This document shows positions 55,603 to 64,000 of a stretch of 64,000 nt of DNA, one piece after another. This stretch comes from Verrucomicrobiales bacterium (lineage in GTDB: Bacteria; Verrucomicrobiota; Verrucomicrobiia; Verrucomicrobiales; V1-33), in the NCBI GenBank assembly GCA_038210825.1, contig JBBQWG010000007.1:3607-67606 (forward strand), read 5' to 3'. The translations under genes were made by a program, and so were the position numbers. The notes beneath the pieces were generated by a model. The model worked only from the letters and a program-made list of their open reading frames with translations, was not told the origin of the DNA and made no database searches. Each line of letters opens with the position of its first letter. Positions within the stretch are counted from its first letter, which is position 1.

Positions 55603-56030
55603 GAGGTGCTTTGGGACTTTCTTTTGTCCCTTGCCGGACGGGGGTCTCCTTCCGGCTTGAATCCGGAGGCCAGCCGGACGGGTCCCGGACAACAACTTGA
55701 CGCCCGCTCCCGAAGCCGCTTCACGGACTTGGCGGCATCCGCTTTCAGCGTGGCATCCGAAGCGGGCGAGGTGGCAAAAAACCGGCCCAGATCCAAAAAC
55801 AATCCCCGGTATTTCCGCTCCAGACGGTAGTAGACCCACTTCCCGCAGCGCTCACTGGCGAGCAGCCCCGCCTGTCGGATGACCTGAAGATGGGTCGAGA
55901 TCGTGGACTGCGGCAAACCAAGGATGTCCACCAGTTCACAAACACACAAAGCTTCATCCTGCACGAGCTGGAGAATCCTCCATCTCGTGGGATCCGACAG
56001 CGCCTGGGCAAATGACGTTACTTCCCGCAT
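55599..56030 (-). CDS. arsR: ArsR/SmtB-family metalloregulator with C-terminal extension
   Basis: [13 protein letters not shown], the CVCEL site, [19 protein letters not shown]. The stop overlaps the GAPDH start (ATGA). C-terminal SSCCPG. Confidence 0.85.
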   Translation of the reverse strand: MREVTSFAQALSDPTRWRILQLVQDEALCVCELVDILGLPQSTISTHLQVIRQAGLLASERCGKWVYYRLERKYRGLFLDLGRFFATSPASDATLKADAAKSVKRLRERASSCCPGPVRLASGFKPEGDPRPARDKRKSQSTS

Positions 56031-56089
56031 CGGGATTTACCGAATCGATAATTCCCGATGCGTCAAGCGGGTTGGGCAGGTTTTGCCGC

Positions 56090-57286
56090 TCAGGGCAGAA
56101 CTCTAAGCCGTGCGAAAAGCGCCGCACCCGCCGCAGGAATCCGCACCGTCACCCGGTCCACCCCGGTGCCAAATCCGTTAGGAGTCTCGGTCACGGTGAC
56201 CCCGCCTGTGCCGTTTACGGCCGGTGTCCATGTGCCCAGCAAATCCACGTCATATTCTGCCCGGCTCGTCAGGTAGGCCGATGCAGCGGTGCGACGGAAC
56301 ACAAAATCCACAAAACCCGCCACCGGCGCGGTCAGCGTAGGAATTTTATCTCCGTCCGTGCCAAGACGGGGATTTCCCCCAATGACAAATTCCGCACCAT
56401 TGTCGATACCGTCTCCATCAGGGTCGGCATCCAATGCGCGGTCGGCCCCTGCTAGCGTGAAGGAATCCGCCCAGGTATCATAGCCTGACGGGGGCGTAAC
56501 TGATGGCACCGCATAGGTCACGGCACCAGCGGCGTTGATGGAAAAGGTGCCCAGCAGCAGCCCCTGCCCCACTGGCGTATTCGGGGTAGCAGCTGCACTG
56601 GCCCGGCCAATCAGGCGGTAGAGGTCCAGATGGGAGAGGGGATTACCGGTGCCGAGTGCCGCTTGCACTCCCCCTGTAAGAATTGAACCAAAAGCTGCGC
56701 CGCCTACGGGATTGAATTTGTTCCAGCTATTGATATCCCCGGTGCCCTGCGAGGTGCCCCGGCCATTGCTGGCCGGGGTGGGAGTCCGCTGGGTTTCCGG
56801 GGTGGGAATGGCCTCTCCATTCAAGGTGATGAATCCCCATTGCATGGACGCGATGTCACTCGCCGCGCTGATCACGGCCGATCCGGAAGACAATACCCAG
56901 GGAGCAGAAGTTCCGGGGGTAGCTGCGGCAGCACTGATGTAAATGGTCGCCCGCGGATCACCAGCGACCACGGTGTTGGGACCACTGGCCGCAGCATCCC
57001 GCGTTCCGGCGATGCCCCAATACACGTCTGTCCGGGCATACCAGCCAGGGCCGAAGATCAAATCAAGATCAGTCTTCAAATTGGCGATTTGTCCGGTCGT
57101 GGTGCCATCCCTGAAACCCGTGCCCGCCCCGAGGTTGTAAACGTAAGTAGCCCCGGAGCCATCACCCGCCGTGGCCTGGAACCCCAGGATCAAATCACCG
57201 ACCGTGTAGATCATTTGAGCGGAGACGGGCGTGCTGGCAGCGATGAGGCCAAGGGCCGCAGAGAAAAGGAACAAACTGGGTTTCAT
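56090..57286 (-). CDS. exported protein: conserved unknown N-terminal domain + Ca-binding TSP3-like DxDxDG motif + C-terminal beta domain
   Basis: ATG at 57286. Signal peptide MKPSLFLFSAALGLIAASTPVSA. About 230 aa paralogous to the 57666..58511 product. DADPDGDGIDNGAEF. Confidence 0.7.
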   Translation of the reverse strand: MKPSLFLFSAALGLIAASTPVSAQMIYTVGDLILGFQATAGDGSGATYVYNLGAGTGFRDGTTTGQIANLKTDLDLIFGPGWYARTDVYWGIAGTRDAAASGPNTVVAGDPRATIYISAAAATPGTSAPWVLSSGSAVISAASDIASMQWGFITLNGEAIPTPETQRTPTPASNGRGTSQGTGDINSWNKFNPVGGAAFGSILTGGVQAALGTGNPLSHLDLYRLIGRASAAATPNTPVGQGLLLGTFSINAAGAVTYAVPSVTPPSGYDTWADSFTLAGADRALDADPDGDGIDNGAEFVIGGNPRLGTDGDKIPTLTAPVAGFVDFVFRRTAASAYLTSRAEYDVDLLGTWTPAVNGTGGVTVTETPNGFGTGVDRVTVRIPAAGAALFARLRVLP

Positions 57287-57665
57287 GAGACAGAAAGGTT
57301 GGGGGAGGACGAACTTCGGGCAGCAGCCACCGGGGTTGTCTGCCCTGCAAGCATTTCCGGCTGGCTCCATGCTCAGCAACCCATGCTATGTGAAGCTTTC
57401 GTCACCTTTCTGCAGACTCTATCCGTTAACCCGCCCCCCATCCGGATGATTGCGAAACCGATTCTGCGCCAACTGCAAAAATAACACTTTTTCATGTGAC
57501 GGAAAAGCCACCCTTGGATCATTGCCGGTTTTCGAAGCCGGGTCATACGGTCACCCATCACCACCAAACCCGCAGCACCCGGCAACTAGAGCGATAGAAG
57601 ACAGGCGCTGCCATTGCGAGTGACCGGCTGTCCGCCAGACAGCAGACCCATCCCACCACAATCCT

Positions 57666-58511
57666 ATGAAACTACCCTCCATCAAACTGCTTCCATCAGC
57701 CGCCGCCTTTGTGGCCTGCGCAGCGGTATTGGGACCTAGCAGCGCCCGAGCCGTCGTCACTTACGCGCCCGGAGATCTTCTGCTCGGTTTCCACACCAAT
57801 GGTCCCGTTGGAACAAACTCGTCCCTCGTGTTCAATCTGGGGTCCTCCGTTGGCTTCCGGAACAATCCCCCTGCAACGATTCCCAGCAACAATCTGGGAA
57901 CAGCTCTTTCAGATACCTTTGGGTTAAACTGGTTTTCCCGCACCGACCTCTATTGGGGCATCGCCGGGGTCCGTGACTCTGCCTCCGGCGGCCCAAACAC
58001 GGTCGTTAATGGCGATCCCAGAGCGGCCATTTATATCTCCCGTGAAACCCTTTCCCCAAATACTTCCCTGCTTTGGGATTTGGGTAACAGCGGTGCCACC
58101 TCTTCAGCCACCCTCAGTGCCGCTGCCGCCATCAACGATGCCCAACTTGCCTTCATCGGAAAAACTGAAGCACCTAACACTGGAGCACGCGGCATTATCC
58201 AGGCCGAAGACGTCACTCCCAACAGCTGGAACAAGCTGAACCCCGTCGGAGGTGCTGCTTTTGGCGGAATTCTGACCGGGGGGGTCCAAGGCGCCCTTGG
58301 TGGCGGTGCCGTGGAATATCTCGATCTCTATCGGGTTCTGGGACGCAGCAGTGATCTGGCCACTCCCAATTCCGCAGCTGGCGAAGGCACCTACGTGACG
58401 ACTTTTGCCATCGATTCGACCGGCACGATTACCGCAGTGCCGGAACCCACCGGGGCTCTTCTGGTCGCGCTCTCCGCGTTCATTCCATTCTTCCGTCGCC
58501 GGCGGGCCTGA
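57666..58511 (+). CDS. PEP-CTERM-anchored exported protein (paralogue of the divergent neighbour)
   Basis: Signal peptide. C-terminal VPEPTGALLVALSAFIPFFRRRRA is a PEP-CTERM sorting signal. Confidence 0.8.
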   Translation: MKLPSIKLLPSAAAFVACAAVLGPSSARAVVTYAPGDLLLGFHTNGPVGTNSSLVFNLGSSVGFRNNPPATIPSNNLGTALSDTFGLNWFSRTDLYWGIAGVRDSASGGPNTVVNGDPRAAIYISRETLSPNTSLLWDLGNSGATSSATLSAAAAINDAQLAFIGKTEAPNTGARGIIQAEDVTPNSWNKLNPVGGAAFGGILTGGVQGALGGGAVEYLDLYRVLGRSSDLATPNSAAGEGTYVTTFAIDSTGTITAVPEPTGALLVALSAFIPFFRRRRA

Positions 58512-58559
58512 CCTTCCCGGCTTCATCAATTTTCCAAATTACCTCCACACCATACCTAC

Positions 58560-59759
58560 ATGAATACCAAACAACTCCTCAGCTTCGGCGTCGCCACTCT
58601 GGCTTTCTCCACCGCCGCATGGTCGCAGACCGTCATCAATATCACCGGGGCCACCGCTTTCCGCGCCGCCGCCAATGATTCCATCATCGCTCTCCTCGGA
58701 GGAGCTGGCGTCACCCAGTATGCGTTCAACAATTCCACCGGTGGTGGTACCGTCGGCGGCACCAACCGCGCCATCTTCCGCGGAAATGTCGCCGGCATCG
58801 GTGACGTCATCATCCGCGCTTCATGGAGTGGTTCCACCGCCGGCATTGCCTCCGTGGCTTCAGGCACGCCCGTCCAAGTCCTCAAAACGAGCACTCCCCT
58901 CACCACTGGAGGCAATGGTTTCGCTGCGGCGGCTTCCGATTACGAAACTGTAGTGGCTTCCTTTGCTTTCTCCGACGTCGCCCAGGCCGCTTCCACCACT
59001 CTCAGCCCGACTCTGACCGGAACCGAGGTTGGCGTGGTCCCTTTTGAATTCGTCGCCAATCAAAGCGCATGGAACCATCCTCTGATGACTAACATGACCG
59101 ACCAGATTTTCAACGCGATGTATTCCACCTCCGAAGTGCCGCTCCGTTTCTTCACCGGCGTGCCCACCGACAACAAGCGCGTTCTCGCCGCTGGACGGAA
59201 TAACGGATCCGGCTCCCGCGCCACCGTTCTCGGAGAAACCCAATACGGCTTCTTCCGCGGGGTGAATCAATTCCGCAATCTGGAATCCGGCGGTCACACC
59301 GGCAGCGGTCCCATCGGCAACGTGGAGTTCATTACCAATGGCGGAAACTCCAGCAACAGCTTCCTCGCCGACCTCATGCGCGGCACCAGCGGCAACGTCA
59401 CCCTGGTCGAAGCCGGAGTTCCCTACGAAACTGGAATTGACGTCCTGTTCCTGACCTACCTGACCCGCTCCGATGCGATCATCGCAGCAGCTGATCCTGA
59501 TGGTGGTGGTCCTCTCCGGGGCGGCAAGCCCCTGACTTACAATGGAGTCGCCTATTCCGACGACAAAGTCCGTGAAGGGGCCTACAGCCTCTGGGGCTAC
59601 CAGTGGTTCTATCAGGCCCCCAGCATCACTGCCACTGAGGCCCTCTTCCGCGATGCCTTTGTCGCCGCAATCCCCAACAACCTCGGCACTGCCGCGATTC
59701 CAATTCCAGATATGAATGTGGACCGCTTCGGTGGCGACGGTGGCCCGATCCTCCCTTGA
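58560..59759 (+). CDS. exported protein, possibly periplasmic-binding-protein (PstS/PBP-like) fold
   Basis: Signal peptide MNTKQLLSFGVATLAFSTAAWSQ. INITGATAFRAAAN and SWSGSTAGIASV are reminiscent of PBP-like_2 motifs. The fold call is tentative. Confidence 0.6.
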   Translation: MNTKQLLSFGVATLAFSTAAWSQTVINITGATAFRAAANDSIIALLGGAGVTQYAFNNSTGGGTVGGTNRAIFRGNVAGIGDVIIRASWSGSTAGIASVASGTPVQVLKTSTPLTTGGNGFAAAASDYETVVASFAFSDVAQAASTTLSPTLTGTEVGVVPFEFVANQSAWNHPLMTNMTDQIFNAMYSTSEVPLRFFTGVPTDNKRVLAAGRNNGSGSRATVLGETQYGFFRGVNQFRNLESGGHTGSGPIGNVEFITNGGNSSNSFLADLMRGTSGNVTLVEAGVPYETGIDVLFLTYLTRSDAIIAAADPDGGGPLRGGKPLTYNGVAYSDDKVREGAYSLWGYQWFYQAPSITATEALFRDAFVAAIPNNLGTAAIPIPDMNVDRFGGDGGPILP

Positions 59760-59804
59760 TCGGCACTGGAGTCTCCTGATTCCTATCCCAACTCCAACCT
59801 CCTT

Positions 59805-59846
59805 GCTGGCACCGGTGGCAACACCGGTGCCAGCCTTTTTCCGTTT
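59805..59846 (+). terminator. rho-independent terminator
   Basis: GCTGGCACCGGTG / CACCGGTGCCAGC perfect 13-bp stem, GCAA loop, then CTTTTTCCGTTT. Confidence 0.65.
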
Positions 59847-60602
59847 ATGAAACTTTTGTTTCCTGCTCTGTTGGCAGCGGCAGCAGCGGTCGCAGGCACG
59901 GCATGGTGGCTGCGTCCCCACTCTGTGCCCCTGGCAGGGGCAATCCCCCGGCAGCTGGTCCCACCCCCGGCGGCTGTGCCACACAAATCCCTCAGCCCAC
60001 CACCTGCGGTGGGCCCGTCGTGGAACACCAACGTGCCCGAAGGCCACCCCCAGAACATGGAGGAGCCAGCCTCTTCCCCTGCAGCCACCCCTGCGGCGAC
60101 TGGAAAAGCCCTGACTTCCGGAATCAACGCCCCGCTGGCTCAGGGATCAACACCCCCCGGCCGCCCCTCCGGTTATAACAATATCCCACGCGCAACCCGC
60201 CGCGGGACTGACCCCCCGGAAAGCCCATCGCCCCACGCCCCCGGGGAGAAGAGTGGGGCACTCTCTCCTGAGCCACCTGAGTTGACGGTACCCTTTTCTC
60301 TGACAATTCCCGGACAGCCCGCGGCCATCCCGGCCGCGCTGACCCTGACTTCGGGCGGCCGGGAATTCACCGAAGTGGAGAAGACCGGGATCGATCAACT
60401 GGCGGCAGATTTTTTAGAGCACATTTCGGCGGGGTCCCAGGACCCACACGACCCCGCCTATCAAAAATTGTGGACTGAAGCCGCGGCGCTGAGCGATGCC
60501 TTGTTGAGAAGCCGGTATGGCGGTGAAACGTGGCTCCGGCAACATACTGAAGCCTACCGGCAGGCACTGGGGAACAATCCCCCTGATCCAGCCGAACCCT
60601 GA
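59847..60602 (+). CDS. proline-rich membrane-anchored hypothetical protein
   Basis: MKLLFPALLAAAAAVAGTAWWL anchor, a Pro/Ser/Ala-rich linker, then a C-terminal helical domain. Confidence 0.5.
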   Translation: MKLLFPALLAAAAAVAGTAWWLRPHSVPLAGAIPRQLVPPPAAVPHKSLSPPPAVGPSWNTNVPEGHPQNMEEPASSPAATPAATGKALTSGINAPLAQGSTPPGRPSGYNNIPRATRRGTDPPESPSPHAPGEKSGALSPEPPELTVPFSLTIPGQPAAIPAALTLTSGGREFTEVEKTGIDQLAADFLEHISAGSQDPHDPAYQKLWTEAAALSDALLRSRYGGETWLRQHTEAYRQALGNNPPDPAEP

Positions 60603-60638
60603 GATTATCAGGTCCGGCAATCTGTTTGGGTGAAATCT

Positions 60639-61574
60639 TCAGGGACCAGGGGCCAAGGGCGTGGTTCTCCGCCGCGGAGGCTGCGGGGCTGGTTCCCTCT
60701 CCTGGAGTTCTTTGGCCAGTTTGATCTGTTCCGCCGTGAAGGAAAGCTTCGTCTCCTCCAGAAACCGGCTGGCCGTGATCTCGCCCTGGATCGCCGAGGC
60801 GGAAAGCCAATAAAATGCGCGGACGGGATCCGGGTCGACGCCAATGCCCTTGAAAAGCAGCCTGCCCAGAGCGGACTGGGCCTTGGCGTTCCCCTGCTGA
60901 GCCGCCCTGAGATACGCATCCCTTGCGCCGGGAACGTCACGGGGCATTCCCCTGGCGTGTTCCTTCATGGTCCCCACCATGGTTAGCGCCCAGGCACTGC
61001 CGGCCTCCGCAGCCTGCTGCGCCCACGGTGCCGCTTTCTCCGGCGCAGGAGCGATTCCGTCCTGTCCCAGAAAGTAAATTTCAGCCAACCGGATTTTCGC
61101 GTCCAAGTGGCCCTGTCCCGCTGCTTTTTCTATCAAGGCAAGCCCAGCGGCAGCATCCCGGAGAATCCCTTGACCTTTCATCGTCATGATTCCCTCATTC
61201 AACACGGAGCTGGCAATTCCCGCCTTGGCAGATTCCCGGATCAGGGAAAAACCCGCTTTTTCATCCATCGCCGTTCCCATGCCTTTCGCGATCATGTATC
61301 CATAGGCTCCCATGCCTTCCGGGTGCCCCGCGTCCGAAGCCTGCTTCAGGAGCGTCAGAGCCTCGGGAAGATTCCTCGGCACGCCCTCGCCCCGGAGCTT
61401 GGCCCGTCCCAGTTGATAACAAGCCTTCGCATCCCCGGCCGCACTGCGGGTCTTGAGTTCCGCAAAGTCCGTCAGCGGCTCCTGGACGGGAGACGGCTGT
61501 GCGTTCAACCGGCTTGAATTGACACCCAAAACGATGGCGAGCAAAAAGGATGTGTTCCGGAGATCAGCTTTCAT
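60639..61574 (-). CDS. Sel1-like (SLR/TPR) repeat protein, exported
   Basis: Signal peptide, then repeated Sel1 units (GDAKACYQLGRAKLRGEGVPRNLPEALTLLKQASDAGH, AKIRLAEIYFLGQDG, AKAQSALGRLLFKGIGV). Confidence 0.85.
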   Translation of the reverse strand: MKADLRNTSFLLAIVLGVNSSRLNAQPSPVQEPLTDFAELKTRSAAGDAKACYQLGRAKLRGEGVPRNLPEALTLLKQASDAGHPEGMGAYGYMIAKGMGTAMDEKAGFSLIRESAKAGIASSVLNEGIMTMKGQGILRDAAAGLALIEKAAGQGHLDAKIRLAEIYFLGQDGIAPAPEKAAPWAQQAAEAGSAWALTMVGTMKEHARGMPRDVPGARDAYLRAAQQGNAKAQSALGRLLFKGIGVDPDPVRAFYWLSASAIQGEITASRFLEETKLSFTAEQIKLAKELQEREPAPQPPRRRTTPLAPGP

Positions 61575-61737
61575 AGTTTGAGTTTCTTTTAGTTCCTGAC
61601 TTTACTGCGTTTCATTAGTTATGGGCCGGAAAACCCTTTGCTCAATGGCCAGGCCGTGTTGGAGGGCACTCGCGGTCCCCCGGGATGCCGGTTCAAGTTT
61701 CTTCCTGAATTCCATCACGGTTTTCATCGCTGAAACC

Positions 61738-64000
61738 TCAGTTCCCCTGGTTGTCCGTGGCTTCCTCCGGAGTTCCGGAAGCTTCCTCCATGGCGGCACG
61801 TTCGCGGCGTTTCCGTTCCTCCTCTTCTTCGTCGGGATCGCGGGTGACAGGAAGCGGCGTGTCCTCACTGCCGCCGTAGCCGAGCACTTCCACGGTAACT
61901 TCCGTTTCCGGCAGAGTAGTGGTGTCCTGTTCGTTGGCCGCCTGTTGCTCCTGCGCCGTGGTGGAGGCGGCGGAGGCAGTATTGGATGGAGGCGGTGGAG
62001 GCGGCGCGGCGGCACCGACCGCCGGCGCGGCGGCAGCGGCGGCCGGAGCCCCGGCGGCGGTGCCACTGACGGCGATATTGCTGGCATTTAGAACCTGAGA
62101 CGCGGCTAAAGTCAAATTCCCCGCCGAACGGATGCCGGCATCCCCGGCATCGATAATTCCCGCCGGTGCCAGCAGATCCACACTGCCCGGTTCGACCCCT
62201 TCGACAGTCGCCAACACCCCGATGCCGCCACCTGTCGCCAAACCAGCAAGGTCGGTGGTGAGGTCCGCGCTTTGCGGGTCAATGACTACGCGGGTGGGCG
62301 GCGCGGAAGCCACCGTTTTGGATGCGCTGCCTGCCGCGATATTCCCCGTGGAGGACCAGATCACCATGTCCCCGCCCCGCAGGGTGAAGATCCGGCCGAT
62401 GCCGATGTCCACGTTGCCATCGGTGAAGATCCCCACATCCCCCCCACTTTCCGTGATAATGCCAGGCGGGACGAGGGGATTGCCAATCGTGCTGTTGGCG
62501 AGGGTTAGCGCACCGCCGGGGGCCATCAGGCTGATGTCACCGCCGGCCGTAGTGCGGATACTGCGGCTTCTTGTCAGGATATCGCCGGCCCCGGAAACGC
62601 CGCCGAAGAGGGAATCAATGGCGGCAAAACCCGTCTCATAGCTTCCCGTTTCGGCAAAATTGCGCCCGGTGTCGCGCAGTATCAGATAGAATACCTGCAG
62701 GGAAATGCGGTTCTGTTCTTCCAGCGGCAAGCTGTCAAAATTGGTCACCCCCAACTCGGCGAGATAGGCGGCCCCCGTGCCTCCCTCCACCTGTTCATTG
62801 ATGAAATCCTCAAAGTTTAAAGCACTGCCGGTCAGGCTGCGGGGGTTGCCAAGACCCGCCCCGACCAGGAGATCCGCTCCGCCGAAAGGCAGGTAGGGAT
62901 TCCGGGCATTGCCGATACTGACAATGCCCGAGCCGGTCCCGTCCGCGAAGGATGGGCCGGTGCCGAGATCGACGTCCCGGCCCGCCAGGACCACGATACT
63001 TCCCGGCCCGGAAATTTGGAGGTCACCTGCCAGGGGACCATCGCCACGCGACGGCTGGTTCCCGGCCGCCAGGGACGCAGAACGCAGCGGTGAGTTGGAG
63101 TTATAGGGACGGACATCCCGTCCGGCGGTAACTCCGCTCTGGTCGGTGGCCGCAACATTCTGCAAATAGAAGGCAATATCGGTAATATCCTCCGAAGCAT
63201 AGATGGAGGTCCGTTTTGGAGTAAAGAGCAGCAGGCCTGACAAATTGCCGTCGAGCGCGTAAATGCGGACCGGTTCCGGATCCCCGGCGTGAAGCAACCC
63301 CGGAGTATGCAGCGCCTGCTTGGTTTGAATGACTCCTCCGGTGGATCCTGTTTCGTTGAACAAGTTGGCGATTCCCGACAGGAAACCCGCCCGCGTGACG
63401 CTGGCCTCCGCAGCGTCCCGACCGGCGATCGAATGATAGGCAAATGGAGTGGCGATGCCGGGCAGGGACGCCGGATCCGCATCCGAAACATTGATCCGGC
63501 CGGATTTCCAGACCAGCGTGCTTTGTCCCGGAATAATGATATTACTCCGTCCGGCTGGCTGCAGCGCATTCACGGCACGGCCTGCCAGCAGATTGAGGGT
63601 CCCCCGCGGAGCCGGTGCCAGGGTCAGCGAACCGACCACGTTGATGTCCCCGGAAAAGGCCGTGACCTCCAGCGTGGGCGGAGCGAGCGACAGAGTCGAG
63701 GTAAATGGGTCCACCCGGGTTTCCGCCAGTCGGAGCCATGGTTGAGTGAAGGCCGCTCCGTTCGCTCCGGTCGGCAGCAGCGCGGTGCGTTCCAGCCAAA
63801 CCTGCAGGATTGAGCGGGCCGCGTTTTCCGTTGGCAGCACCACCTCGTTGCGAAGGATGACATTGCCGCCGAGCGACATCACGGTTACCTCACTTTCGGG
63901 AGAATAAGTTGAGAAGTAAGTTTTATACCAGAACTTGTTATTCAAGCCTGCTGGCTGCAGGTAGGGGTTGCTGGTGGGGGCCAGCAGCACATTCCCCCGC
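61738..64000 (-). CDS. C-terminal part of a filamentous-haemagglutinin-family giant exoprotein (N-terminus outside window)
   Basis: The frame stays open to the window edge. Beta-helix-type repeats (GGDISLMAPGGALTLAN, GGDVGIFTDGNVDIG, GGDMVIWSSTGNIAAGS, IDAGDAGIRSAGNLTLAAS), a poly-Ala/Pro linker and an acidic tail. Confidence 0.8.
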   Translation of the reverse strand, partial: RGNVLLAPTSNPYLQPAGLNNKFWYKTYFSTYSPESEVTVMSLGGNVILRNEVVLPTENAARSILQVWLERTALLPTGANGAAFTQPWLRLAETRVDPFTSTLSLAPPTLEVTAFSGDINVVGSLTLAPAPRGTLNLLAGRAVNALQPAGRSNIIIPGQSTLVWKSGRINVSDADPASLPGIATPFAYHSIAGRDAAEASVTRAGFLSGIANLFNETGSTGGVIQTKQALHTPGLLHAGDPEPVRIYALDGNLSGLLLFTPKRTSIYASEDITDIAFYLQNVAATDQSGVTAGRDVRPYNSNSPLRSASLAAGNQPSRGDGPLAGDLQISGPGSIVVLAGRDVDLGTGPSFADGTGSGIVSIGNARNPYLPFGGADLLVGAGLGNPRSLTGSALNFEDFINEQVEGGTGAAYLAELGVTNFDSLPLEEQNRISLQVFYLILRDTGRNFAETGSYETGFAAIDSLFGGVSGAGDILTRSRSIRTTAGGDISLMAPGGALTLANSTIGNPLVPPGIITESGGDVGIFTDGNVDIGIGRIFTLRGGDMVIWSSTGNIAAGSASKTVASAPPTRVVIDPQSADLTTDLAGLATGGGIGVLATVEGVEPGSVDLLAPAGIIDAGDAGIRSAGNLTLAASQVLNASNIAVSGTAAGAPAAAAAAPAVGAAAPPPPPPSNTASAASTTAQEQQAANEQDTTTLPETEVTVEVLGYGGSEDTPLPVTRDPDEEEEERKRRERAAMEEASGTPEEATDNQGN

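Noticed and set aside
40920-56030. Calling the arsenic/metal cluster a mobile genomic island
   Set aside because: I saw no integrase, transposase, tRNA attachment site or flanking direct repeats in the window. Only an AT-rich left boundary and a TA pair were present. That is insufficient for a mobile_element call.

Overview
GC-rich chromosomal segment that looks like a Verrucomicrobiota/PVC-type genome. The hallmarks are a PEP-CTERM sorting signal, a Pirellula/Verrucomicrobium-type dehydrogenase + HEAT + CxxCH protein, a planctomycete-cytochrome-c/FGE fusion and a squalene-hopene cyclase. I can support about 60 protein-coding genes. I saw no rRNA, tRNA, CRISPR array, integrase or transposase.

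Housekeeping and recognisable genes: proC, shc, dacB-like PBP4, ybeY, uvrD/pcrA-like helicase, recG, clpS, a DUF3516-type DEAD-box helicase, an ECF sigma/anti-sigma/Spy-like trio, GNAT acetyltransferases, and periplasmic rhodanese and thioredoxin.

Positions 41.9-56.0 kb hold a composite arsenic/metal resistance cluster: arsR-arsD-arsA, trxC, a P1B-4-type ATPase, a DevBCA/MacAB-type ABC efflux operon translationally coupled to ACR3, a Doc toxin-antitoxin pair, and a convergent arsR-GAPDH-arsJ operon. No arsC was found.

Best candidates for undescribed biology:
- A four-gene operon of exported proteins with no recognisable domains, led by a tandem paralogue pair (28.06-31.64 kb).
- A divergent pair of paralogous exported proteins, one PEP-CTERM-anchored, next to PBP-like, proline-rich, Sel1-repeat and FhaB-like giant exoprotein genes (56.1-64.0 kb).
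- A tail-anchored pseudokinase plus a membrane-anchored partner (8.4-12.1 kb).
- A small RHH-like two-gene module with a palindromic operator (35.6-36.1 kb).

The intergenic regions carry a REP-like 24-nt element (direct, tandem and inverted copies), a 13-unit heptanucleotide microsatellite, a 15-bp perfect inverted repeat, an orphan promoter-plus-terminator unit (candidate sRNA) and a trxC 5' remnant.

All functional calls rest on motif recognition by eye in the supplied translations. No database search was possible.
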